Shown here one piece after another: positions 1-16,457 of a DNA stretch of 64,000 bases. The notes under the pieces are model-generated. The model ran no database searches and had not been told where the DNA came from. It saw nothing but the letters and a program-made list of their open reading frames with translations. Origin of the DNA: Salpingoeca rosetta. Taxonomy: Eukaryota > Protista > Choanoflagellata. Both the position numbers and the translations under genes were made by a program. How positions within the stretch are numbered: the stretch's first letter is position 1; every line of letters starts with the position of its first letter. Where the stretch lies: NCBI GenBank assembly GCA_033442325.1, contig JAWQFM010000023.1:388403-452402 (forward strand), written 5' to 3'.

Positions 1-31
1 AACAAACCACAAGAGCACAGAAGTATGCTCT

Positions 32-1381
32 TTAGCAGCCAGGGGTAGGATCAACGATGAGGACGGAGCTGGCACTGTGTGGAATGCCGTAGATGAGGCC
101 ATTGTTGGCAAGCACGCCGCCAAACCAGTAATTGGAGGAGGATGACGGTGCAGCGAGGCTTGTGGTATCCGCACTGTCTGTGGCAGGATCGACAACGAGA
201 ACGGACACGGTACGAAACGGGATTCCCACAATCTTGCCATTACTCGCCAGCGCGCCGCTGCGCCACTTGTGCTCGTCGGAGGGCAGGCCCGCGATCGATG
301 TCGTGTCGGCCGTGTTGGTGGCTGGGTCGATGATGAGGACGCTTGTGGCACTGTATGGGAACGCGTAGATCTTGCCGTTGGGTGCAAGAACGCCGTTTAC
401 CCACTTGGCACCACCGTTGCCGAACCCCGCAATCGATGTCGTGTCTGCTGTGTTGGTGGCCGGATCGATGATGAGCACACTCTCGGCATTGCGTGGAGCG
501 GCGTAGATGAGGCCGTTGTCGGCAAGCACGCCGCCCTGCCATTTGCAGCAGTCCGATGACAGCTCAACGATGCTGGTCACATCGATGGCGTTTGTTGTTG
601 GATCGATGATCAGCACAGCAGCGGAGTTCCAAGGGATGCCGTAGATGAGTCCGTTCGCAGCCACCACACCCCCAAACCACTTGCCGCCACCTTCTGACAG
701 GTCCGCTATGGTCGTTGTGTCTGCAGTGTTGGACGTGGGATCAATGATGAGGACGAACGTGCCATCCAAGGGAATTGCGTAGATGAGGCCGTTGTTGGCA
801 AGAACGCCGCCACTCCATGCGCCATCGCCGCTCGGCAGACCCGTGATCGTGGTCGTGTCAGCCGTGTTTGCGACAGGATCGATAATGAGGACCGACGTCG
901 CCTTGTATGGCAGGCCGTAAATGAGACCGTTGTTTGCCAGCACGCCGCCAAGCCACTTGTCCACGTCAGTACTGAGTCCAGAGATTGTGGTGGTATCCAC
1001 GGTTGGTGGTATGAGGCGGCACAACGTGGCTTGCAGTGAGCTCAAAACGCCAGCTTGCTCTTCCGCCGTGCTCGTCAGCTCAGAGATGGCCTGTTGTTGC
1101 TTTGCAAGTGATCCCGCGTATTGGCGGATGGTAAGTGCTTGCAGCTGCGCCGTGCGTTGGTGCAGTTGCAGCTCCTCGAGCACATCCACGCCGTTTACCA
1201 GCACGGGCTGCGTGAGCGGATCGCTGGTGTTGATGTGCAGCGCGCCGTCACTGTCGCGCACAATCTGGGCGGGGGTCGTCGTGGCCGCTTTCACGGCAGT
1301 TCTTGTACTTGTAGTAGCTGCTGTTACCACCATCACCACCACCAAACACACGCGCAACACCATACAGTGTACACTGGCCAT
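32..1381 (-). CDS. Secreted or membrane-anchored protein: hydrophobic leader, coiled coil, seven ~46-aa repeats (predicted 7-bladed beta-propeller); intronless
   Basis: Likely ATG at 1381 (MASVHC...). Hydrophobic leader VLRVCLVVVMVVTAA, heptad-like LQ/QQ-rich segment, then 7 copies of TADTTxIxxLxxxxxKWxGGVLAxNGxIYxxPxxxxSVLIIDPxTN. Stop TAA at 32-34. Confidence 0.85.
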   Translation of the reverse strand: MASVHCMVLRVCLVVVMVVTAATTSTRTAVKAATTTPAQIVRDSDGALHINTSDPLTQPVLVNGVDVLEELQLHQRTAQLQALTIRQYAGSLAKQQQAISELTSTAEEQAGVLSSLQATLCRLIPPTVDTTTISGLSTDVDKWLGGVLANNGLIYGLPYKATSVLIIDPVANTADTTTITGLPSGDGAWSGGVLANNGLIYAIPLDGTFVLIIDPTSNTADTTTIADLSEGGGKWFGGVVAANGLIYGIPWNSAAVLIIDPTTNAIDVTSIVELSSDCCKWQGGVLADNGLIYAAPRNAESVLIIDPATNTADTTSIAGFGNGGAKWVNGVLAPNGKIYAFPYSATSVLIIDPATNTADTTSIAGLPSDEHKWRSGALASNGKIVGIPFRTVSVLVVDPATDSADTTSLAAPSSSSNYWFGGVLANNGLIYGIPHSASSVLIVDPTPGC

Positions 1382-1666
1382 GGCAGCAAGGGTGGTCTGG
1401 TGGTGCAATAAGAACGAGAGAAGGAGAGAAGGCAGTGGTGGAAGGGAGGGGGAGGAGACGAGAGGATAGAGGGAGAAGAGGAGAAGAAGAGGGAGAGAGG
1501 CAGTGGTGGAAGGGTGGAATGGAACTGGAAAGCGAGGAGCAAACCCAAAATCCAAACACCAAAACGCTTGCTGTATTCGGTTGTGGAGAATTTGTTAATA
1601 ATTTCAATAAATTATCTGCATTCGACTGAATTAAGGTTTGTCACCTGTCCTTCTTGTTCAACAAAG

Positions 1667-6470
<4,804 letters not shown>

Positions 6471-6915
6471 CCAAGGAAGCCCACTTCTGGTGTCACCAGC
6501 GCAGTATTGCTCCATTACCAATGCTTCTCATTTCGCAGCACGCATTTGTGCTATGTTGTGTGTTACACCACGTTCTTCCTTCCGGATCAAGCGAGCAAAC
6601 AAGTGCTTGTTCTGTTGCCCCCTCGTCCCTTAACTTGAATATCACTTGCCTTGATCGCTCCTTTGCCTGCTTGTACCACTGTTGTTGTTTTCGCTTTTGT
6701 ATTGGTTTGAGGTGTGGTGGATTGCACTTGAATGAACCCACAACTTATCAATACAATGGAAATCAAAACCAGTGCAATGTCCCCGTTGTGTTGAGCATAA
6801 GGCTCTGCTGATACGTCGCACAAATGCACCCAACGCACGCACGGTCACAGTCACGCTCACAGCCACAACCCAAACCACGCGCAGGTTTCGCCTCTCCGTT
6901 CAGCTTGTAGTTTAT

Positions 6916-7188
6916 TCATTCCAAAGTGGAGAGGAGGAAGTGAGACCAAACATCAAGCACGTCAAGGTCGAGAACGAGGACAAGTCGTGTTGTTGTGGAT
7001 ATGGCATGGCTCAGCTCAGGATCACAGAACCCAAGCAGCTCCTTCACCTGTGGCAGCGAGGGGTAAGATATGGAGATATGTGGTGAGGGGAAGAGTGTGA
7101 GCGAAAGCGCAGTGCGGCGAGAACGCACCACCGATTCGCACAAGCGTTCACACACACACACACACACACGCACACACACACACACGCG

Positions 7189-7223
<35 letters not shown>

Positions 7224-8808
7224 GCACACACACACGCACACACACACACACATGCACACACGCACACACGCAACACACACACACACACACACTACACAAC
7301 ACACACACACACACGCAAACTTACAATGAGGGATGTGGCCAGTGAGTGATTGAAGAGAAGACGAGGAAGTGCATCGAGCACGTGTTGAAGGTGGTGGCGT
7401 TGGCGGGCGCTGTGGAGCGGCAGGAACCATGCTTGGTTCACACAGGCCCGAAGGACAAGCCACGTTGTCTTGGGGTGCAACACGCCCCCACCCATGTCCA
7501 GCATGTGTTGCAACAATGGCGGTGGTGGTGGTGGCCGTGGTGACACTGACCCACTGCAATCACCACCGCCATCACCATCAACACCAGAATTGCCATCGTC
7601 ACCATCATCTTCATTACAAGTGCTGCGCTGCTGTTGCAATGTTAGCCCCTGTCCCTGCACATCATCATGCGTGTCAGCGTCCTCGTTGCCAGACGTGCAT
7701 GGCACGGACATGAGCACCTCCATTGCCTGCAACATCTGGTCCAAATCCTCAAACTCGTCGTCGTCGTCGTCATCATCGTCATCGTCAGATGAAGAACAAG
7801 AGCCACAATTAGCACCACCAATTGTGGTGGTGTGCTTGGCTGCGTTGTCCACATCACCATCGCCACTGCTTTCGTCAACATCATCGCCGTCGTCGTCGAT
7901 GTTGTTAGCCCTGACAACTGCGTCAAGTAGGGACAGGAACTGAGCTGGCTCCGCAGTCATCAGCAAAGTGGCGCACGCGCGGCACGAAAGGTTGCAATGG
8001 CTGTGGTTGTGGCGGTCATTTCCATGGCGCTCGCTGTTGATATCGGCTGCCACAGCTCTGCAACACGCGTGCTGCGAGTGCCATCGGCCTCTCGAGGGTG
8101 GCTGTTGAGCGTAGAACGCTTGAAGGGCATCCTGCCACGTCCTTGTGTTGTCTTGCATCGCAACTGCCATGCACTTCTGCATGTGTGCATTCATGTGTGT
8201 GCATGTGTGCGTTCATGTGTCTGTGAGTGCATGCATGCGCGGGACGAATTGCCCTTCCGTCTTGTTCCTCCACACTACCCCTCTATCCATCGTCAAGCAC
8301 ATGGAAACCAACCAGGATGGAGATGCGCTGCTTGCGCGCTTGCGATGGCGTTTCCACCAACGATGCCAGCATGGCTGGGTGGCCTGGCCTTCCTCGTCGC
8401 CTCGCAGCCTGCCTCCGCCTGCAGCATGCGTGTGGATGTGGATGTGGAAGTGTGTGTGTGTGTGTGTGTTTGCGGGAAAGAAGTTGGCGATCAGAACAGC
8501 ACAAACGCAGTCATTGGCGCTCTCTCGTGCACAAACTCACCCCCCCAACACACACACTCTCTCTCTTCTACACTCCCACAATCACAGGCTCACACTCACC
8601 CTTCTTGGGCGATGAAGATGTGATGCGGGGCTTGGAAACGCAAGTGATGATGATGATGATGATGTTGGCGTTGGGGCATGTTTGGTTGTTGTTGCGCATC
8701 CTTCTCCTTCTCCCCATCGTTCTTGTGCCCTGCCTGCGCCGTCTCCTTGCACCGCTCAGCTACCTGAACGGCAGCAGCTACATTGCCGCCATCAACGCAC
8801 GCCTGCAT
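6916..8808 (-). CDS. Hypothetical multi-exon protein with acidic low-complexity region
   Basis: Long exon ~7325-8180 with a GTAAGT donor, terminal exon VKELLGFCDPEL...STLE* after a CAG acceptor, and an upstream exon ending IAQE at a GTGAGT donor (~8599). No recognisable domain; start codon uncertain. Confidence 0.4.
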
Positions 8809-9129
8809 GGTTCGCCTTTGGATGAGGAGAGAGAGAGAGAGAGAGAGACGTGCAGTGCAGAGTGTTTGCTTCTTTGGTTGCTTGTGTGGAAAATGGCATG
8901 TCAACAACGCAGACAGGAAGGACCACCAACCAACAGGTGGTTTGGCAAAATTGCACAAATCACCCATCCGCGTTGTAGAATTTTCCCTAATGCTTTGAGC
9001 TGAATTTCCGCAAACAGCAACCCACGCCGTGTGAAGGAGATCGCCCGTTCGTTTTTCCCACCCTTCCCACCCCCATCATCACATCACGGAGACGCTGACT
9101 GAGGCACCACACGAGGGCAAGGGCGGGCG

Positions 9130-10130
9130 ATGCTTGAGTGGGTACGGGACTGGCTTGCCCCGTACGTGCAGCTGTCAAAGAGCCGTGATGAGCGACAGGG
9201 CATAAACAACCTCCGCATTGGACTGAGCACCATCATCGTCGCCCACCACGCTGGCATGCCATATGGAAACGCAGGTGTGATGTGATGTGCTGTGCTGTGA
9301 TGTGATGATGTGTGTGTGTGTGTGTGGTGTGTGATGTGTGATGTGTGCTTTGTAAGATACAATCGTGGGGTTGTAGATGTGTTTACTGATGTGAAGCAGC
9401 CGACATCAGTGGGCGATGCCTCTCACTGCCACTGCACACACACACACATGCACTTTCTCTCACATGCACACACACACGCTCACTCACTCACTCACACACT
9501 TTCTCACGCACTCACACATGCACACACACACACACTTTCTCACGCACTCACACTCGCTCACTCATTCACTCACGCCGCGCGCGCTGTGTATGTAGGACCG
9601 TGGATTCTTGTGAGCGAACATCAGACAGACTGGCTTGGCGGGTTCTTTGCGTTGAGCGAGGCGTTTGCGGTTCCCATCTTCTTCACGCTCTCCGGGTACT
9701 TTACTGAACTGTCGCTGCAGCGCAGTGATGTGTGGGCGTTCTGGAAACACCGCATCCGGCGGCTGTTCGTGCCGCTGATGACCATGCTGCACATTGTCAA
9801 CCCGACGTGCTTCTACTACGCCTACCGCGTGCACTCGCATGCGCCAGATGCAGCCACGGTTGGGTGGTGGGAGTTCTACACCAGCCACTGGCTGGGCCTG
9901 CGGCATCCGCAGCACTTTCAGTGGCTGCACACCGGCCTCAGCGTGCCACTGTGCTCCAAGATCCACATGTGGTTTGTTGAGACGCTGCTGGGCCTCACGG
10001 CGGCGTGGACGCTTGCACGACCGCTTGTTGCGCGGGTTGAGCAGCATGCCCGCGCACGCGGCTGGGCGTGCTCCCCAGACACTATGCGCAGCAGCGCGAG
10101 TACACGTGATATTGTGGGTGGCGATAGCCG

Positions 10131-10204
<74 letters not shown>

Positions 10205-10332
10205 CTGACAGCAGTTCCAACAGCAGCAGGGATGCTAACAGCTCAGCCATGGTTGTGCTGGATGGTGCGGGGCACAGATTGCGCGATACGAACGGCACAC
10301 AGGCGCAGCACCAGCGGAGGAGACCTGTCCAT

Positions 10333-10391
<59 letters not shown>

Positions 10392-11031
10392 CAGCACGGG
10401 TCGCGTGTGGCGCGTGGCTGTGGTTGCTGGTCTCATCACGGGCGCCGTCACGTGGGCCGTCAGGATCCGCCATCCCCTCGACGAGCGACTGGACTTTGCG
10501 CTTACATATGTCAAGCCCGCACGCTACCCGCAGTACGTGCTCAACTTTCTGCTTGGTGTTGCATTTGCGCGACTAGGGTGCACGCTCAAGTCCACGCACA
10601 GGGCAGAACGCACGTCGCTTGCGGTGGCTGGCGGCTGGACGGCGCTGTTTCTGGTGGGCCGCGCGCATATTGAAGGGAACCACAGCCTCATCTCGGCGTT
10701 TAAAGGCGGGTGCACGTGGCACTCGCTGGCGCTGTGCGTGCTAGAGTCTGTTGTGTGCGTGCACGCCACGTTTGGCCTGCTGTCTGCAAGCATGCGGCAC
10801 GCCAGCTACGAGAACAAGAGCACGCGCAAGATGAGCGGCGCCACCTTTGGCGTGTACATGCTGCACATCCCCGTGGTCATGTTCTGGCAGACGGCATTGC
10901 AAGGGTGGCAGGTGCACGGCTCGCTCAAGTGGTTTGCAGTGACGCTGCTCTCTCTTCCGAGCGCCTTTGGCCTCAGCCTGGCCACCCGCTCCGTTCCCCT
11001 CGTCTCCTCTTTCCTCGGCATGCACAAGTGA
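9130..11031 (+). CDS. Acyltransferase-3 family (OpgC/MdoC/OafA-like) multi-pass membrane acyltransferase; 2 exons (9130-9274, 9596-11031)
   Basis: Spliced N-terminus RQGINNLRIGLSTIIVAHHAGMPYGNAGPW matches the AT3 R..LD.LR...H motif. Further family motifs PIFFTLSGYF, RIRRLFVP, HMWFV, FLLG and TFGVYMLHIPV; about 10 hydrophobic segments. Confidence 0.88.
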
Positions 11032-11136
11032 TTGTGTGTGTGTGTGATTGTATGATATTGGATGTGATTGTGTGTGTGTGTGTGTGTCTGTGTCTGTATT
11101 TGTGTGTGTCTGTGTGTGTGTGTGTGTGTGTCTGTG

Positions 11137-11167
<31 letters not shown>

Positions 11168-11458
11168 GTCTGTGTGTCTGTGTGTGTCTGTGTTCGTTCG
11201 TCCGCTTCTGTTTCCGCTTGTGCGCGTGTTTTTGTGTTCACTGTTGCTTCTTGTTTGTGCCCATGTCACTTCGCCCCTTTCTTGCCTGATCTGCAATGCT
11301 GATAACCCCCCCCCCAATTCCATGTGTATGCGCACCCGAGACCCCCGAGACACTGCCCTGTTCTTTCGCTTTCGCTTTCCCTACGTTAGGCCGTTCTGCT
11401 GACCCCCTCTCCTGATGACCACAATGAAGCCGTGCGCTTTCACGTCGTGCTGTGCGTG

Positions 11459-11495
<37 letters not shown>

Positions 11496-12636
11496 GCGTG
11501 TGCCTGCTTGCCTGCTTGCCTGTGCGTGAATGTGTGTCTGGGTGTATGTGTGCGTCTCTGTCTGTGTGCGTGCGTTGTCTCTCTCCCTCTCTCCCTCTCT
11601 CCCGCTCTCCCTCTCTCCCTCTCCCCTTTTGATCTGTGTGTGAATTACTCGCCCAATCTTAGGTCCTTCCCGCTTCACCCGTTGCTGTTCTTGTCCATCA
11701 CCTGCTTTGGTCCTTGTGTTAGTGCTCGCTGTCCCTTTTGGCGATGCGCCTCTAACCACACGCCACCCTTCCCTTCTTTGCGTGCCGCTTTTCCCGTTTC
11801 CTGTGTTACGCACAATAGCAACAATCTGCAACAAACAACACATGGTGGGTGTGCGAAGCAACATGTGGGGAGGGGTTCTGTTTGATTGTGCGCTTGATGT
11901 GACAGAGTCATGGATGTGTCTGTCGCATATGGGGGTCACATGTTGCATGTGCCACACACGACACCTTCATTCACAAGAAGCACAAAAACAAATCGCACCA
12001 AAAAGGCAACTTTGCCTTTGTGTCAACAACAAAAGAAAAAAGGCAAAATTGACTTTGAGTGGGTGCACGACAACGGGCGGTGATGCAGGACAACGAGCGG
12101 TGGCAGTGCGGGGAGGCAGCCGTGGTCCGTTGCTGGGAGGTGGGCCATCACCGGGGAGAAGCCACACCGACCCTGGCCCGTTGCTCGGGTCGAGACGGGA
12201 ACGACGGCGTTGCTCATTCAACTCCCGACACCCGCACCGCAACAAGCGCCGAGCTGCGCCAACCAGGTCCCGCACAGTGCAGCCAACCACACTGGCAGAC
12301 GAAGTCTGCGGTCACTCCAGCAACAGCAACACCCCTGCCACCAGCGCCATGCGCGGCGACGCGAAGGAACAAAGGCAACAAAAGCAACAAGGGAATTGCT
12401 CAAGTGCCGCCCAGTGCAATCGTGCACACGCACACACGCACACGCACGCGTGAGCGAGGTCTCCCTGCGCCCACAAAAGGCCATTCATCCATACCCCCGC
12501 GCGCACGCACACGCACACGCATACACAGAGAGACACTCGAGTGGCATCTGTGAGCCTGCAGCAGACACTTCCGCTTTGCCAGACCTCGCTTTGCAGCACT
12601 GCAGCATATCACGACAACACACACACACAGCCAATC

Positions 12637-12798
12637 ATGATGAAGACGGTTTTTGCACTCGCCTTCCTGGCGTCCATCGCCCTCTGCCGTGAGTGCCGTG
12701 TGGTGACGGTACCTGTGCTATCGTTGCAGGGTTCTGCCTTATTGTACTGTGTGTGTGTGTGTGTGTCTGTGTGTCTGTGTCTGTGTGTGTGTCTGTCT

Positions 12799-12852
<54 letters not shown>

Positions 12853-13538
12853 GACTTTGGACCTTCTGCTGTGGGACGATTGCATGTGTGCTGTGTGGTG
12901 GTTGGTGTTCCTTATGAGAAAGTTGCTTCCATCTCACGCGCTTTGTGCTTTGCACCCAACCAGGCGGTGCGGTGGTTGTGTCGGAGATTGAGAGCTTTGA
13001 TGTTATTGGCGACTACATTGACCAGAAGACACACGCAAGGGACCCCTGCGTCAGAATCACAAACGCCCACGAGGTACGGTTGGACGTTTGCGTGTTTGCG
13101 TGCGTGCGTGCGTGCGTGCGTGTACGTTTGTGAGGATGCGAGTGGAGAGAAGGGGAGACACAGTGCGGATGTCTCTCCTTCCATATGTATGTGTGCGTGT
13201 GTGGGTGAGTGTTGACCTGTCTCACGGCCCACGGCTCACGGCTCACGGCTCACGGCTCACGTCAATGCACGCCCATGTACCATCCATGCACAACCCATTT
13301 GACGACGCATGCAGGGCTTCCGCTTCAACATTGCCACGGAAGAGACGCTTGTTCCCATTTGCCTGAGCCTGTGCCCCGACAGCCGCCTCGGCTACGAGAT
13401 CACGGAGGGCTGCGACGAGGAGTGCGATTTCTGCCTGGAGGCCCTGGAGTGCGTGGACGATAACCCGCCAGAGCACCCCGGCAGCTGCCGCGCCATTGTC
13501 GACCTCGACTGCGGTCAGTGGTGCATTTTGTGTTGTGT

Positions 13539-13571
<33 letters not shown>

Positions 13572-14489
13572 TGTGTGTGTAATGTGTGATGTGTGAATGT
13601 GTGAATGTGTGAATGTGTGTATGTGTGTGTGCCTGTCTGTCTGTCTGCCACAACCCATGACATCTCGTTTCTCGCCCCCACCCCCCTCCACGCACACTCA
13701 TAACCCGCCCCCCCCCCACACGCATACCTTTCCCTCGTCCATCTCCGCCAACAACACAGACGAGGGTCCGTTCACGTGCCTGCCGAGCAACACCGGCGTG
13801 CGCTTCACCCCGGCCGACGTGCCCGAGGGCGTTTCCCAGGCAGATCTCCCGCGCAAGGAGCTTGCCTCTGAGGACGGCTTCATTGCCTTTGTCACGCGCG
13901 AGTGGTGCACGGGCAACAACGAGACATTCGACCTCCTCCCCTGCAGCCCCGGCCGTGAGAACTGCCACGCCATGGAGCCCTGCGAGTCTGAGAGCTACGA
14001 CTGCTGCTACCTCGCATCAAGCCTGGCCCTGTAAGTGTGTCTGCATGTGTGCGCTTCTGTGTGTGTGTCTGTATCTGTGTGTCTGTATTTGTATCTGTAT
14101 CTGTGTGTGTGTCTGTATTTGTATCTGTATCTGTGTGTGTCTGCCTGCCTGTGTCTGTGTGTCTGTGTGCCTGCCTGTGTCTGTGTGTCTGTGTTTCTCT
14201 GTGTGTCGTGTGCACGTCATGAATCCACCCTACTCTCTTGTTCCCTGCCTTGCACTCTGAAAACACACACCACAACACAAAACACGTGCTGCTTCGTCCG
14301 CGTGCTTTCCCCCAACCAACCGACTGCGCCACAACTCACTCTCTGTCTCCACCGCCACACACCGCAACATCAAACAGGACGACAACCACCACCACCACCA
14401 CCACAACCACCACAACTACAACCACCACTACCTCCACAACCACCACCACCGAGGCTGTGACAAGCTCCTTCTTCTTCACAGGCTTTTGA
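12637..14489 (+). CDS. Secreted Cys-rich acidic protein with a Thr-rich (mucin-like) C-terminal tail; ~5 exons
   Basis: Signal peptide [17 protein letters not shown]. Exons at ~12964-13073, 13315-13513, 13760-14030 and 14378-14489 with GT-AG ends. About 15 Cys; ends TTTT...[12 protein letters not shown]. Confidence 0.7.
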
Positions 14490-15714
14490 ATAAGCATACA
14501 CACACCTACCACCCTTAACACTGCCCCTTTCTGTTTTGCTGTCCGTCCGTGTGTCGTATCCTCTACTGTTGCTGTGTTGCGGTAGTTGTAATTGTGTCGA
14601 CTGGGCGTATCATGATGTTATGTACAAGCTGCCTTGGGTGCGCCCAGGGCAACACTCATTCTCGTCTTTTCGTGTTGGCTGGGTGCTGTGGCCCTTGGTC
14701 AGTCGCTTCTCCTGCCCTTTCTGTCCTGTGGTTCCCCTTTTGCGTGTGCGCCTCTTTCTCTCTTCCCGTCCCTGTGTATATGTGCCTGTTGCAGTTCGCA
14801 CCCACCACCGTATTTGCCCAGTGCATTGGTGTTCTCCCAGCTTGATGAGGCTCCACCTCACGGCTTTTGGTTCGTGGTTTTTTGGTGTGTATGGAAACCA
14901 ATGAAGACAACATATGAAACATCCATGTTGAGAGAACAAGTTGCTGTGTGGAATGAAACAATATCGCCACACAGAGTGTCAAAATCATGCGTGCACACCA
15001 TTGTGTTCCTGTGTCACACACATAACGTGCTCGTGTTGGTGCTCAGTGCTGTTTGTTGGTTTTTTTTTTTAATTTGTGGTTCAACACGCGAATAAGCCTC
15101 GTTGGGTTATCACACGGCTAACCCAGGTTGCAAGGACAAGGCAAGACACACAGGACACTGGCCGCAAGTGAACAGACACAACATACGCTGCACATCCACA
15201 CACACGAACACACGCACAACCCCCGCCCTCAACCGACCAAGTTGACCAGCAACAAGGCCTGACGACAACAGAGACTGCAGTGAACACGTGAAGGGAGGCC
15301 ACGCTAAGAAGGAACGTCAACAAGCAACGCAGCAACCAACATGCCGCCTCGTCCAAAAAAAAGCGCAACGAGGGAATAAATATGCCGGTGACGAGTGCAT
15401 TACTGTGCTACGACCATAAGCTGCCACGCCCGGTTCCGCTCAGCTCACCGTGGGGCCAGGCCCACGGCGGCGTCAACGCTAGCACAGGCATGACAGCTGG
15501 CGCCCGTTAGGGCCGACACTTTCTGCCCCTGTCGGCAAACAAAGAAAGTAAAAGAAAGGGGAAAAGAGGGGACAAGCGGTAGGGTAATGTGTTGTGTTGT
15601 GTAAGAGAGTGGGTGAGTGGGTGAGTGGGTGAGGAGATGAAGAATTGCATGGTGTAAACTTTGAGGCGCACACGCATGAGAACAGATGCAGTTCACACAA
15701 ACAAGCCACACACG

Positions 15715-15760
<46 letters not shown>

Positions 15761-16229
15761 CACACTGTGCGTACCGTGTCCGAGGACTTTCCCCGAAGCC
15801 GGCAAGCAGCACTGCTGCTGCCGTTATGAGAGCAACAATCGTCTCTCCGTTTGTAGCTTCGATGGCACTCCTGCATGGGAAAAAAGGGGAGGATGGAGGG
15901 GAGGGAAGCAAAAGAAGTGGAAGTGGGAGGATGGTGGTGAGATAGACGGTCAAAACACAAAAACAGCAACAACAAACTCGAACAAGCAGAACAAGGCACA
16001 CACCAATCCCCCTCATATCCATCATCCCATCTTGGCCCACGTGTTGTTGGCTCTCGTACCTCGCGTGTTGAACTGATCATATCTCGCTGTCAGCACACGC
16101 ACATATTTTTTCGTGGAACACGCCACACTATTTTTTGCTTTGCCGAAAACTCGTGTCTATCTTCGTCAAAACCACACTACGACTTAATTCAGTTTACGAC
16201 AAACGACAGACAGAAAGAAACTTGTGAGG

Positions 16230-16426
16230 ATGATGATGATGCAGCGTTTTGTGGGTGGCTTTGTGGTGGCTGTGGCTGTGGCTGTGCTTGTTGTCGCTGG
16301 CAGCGGCAGCGTCGCAGTTGCGGTTGAAGGCGAAAATGCCAGCGCGATCCGACCCACCGTGTTGTGGCACGGCATGGTGCGTACGTGAGTGGGTGGGTGG
16401 GGGAGGGGGGGCTAGGTGTGTGGGTG

Positions 16427-16457
<31 letters not shown>

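Noticed and set aside
1382-1555. N-terminal extension of the 507-aa ORF (likewise 21052-21507, 27325-27423 and 38517-39281)
   Set aside because: Non-ATG starts running through pyrimidine-rich UTR or promoter sequence; downstream ATGs give better N-termini.
15445-16080. Possible small spliced gene on the minus strand divergent from PPT1
   Set aside because: Splice-like sites exist, but no convincing reading frame or domain could be assembled.
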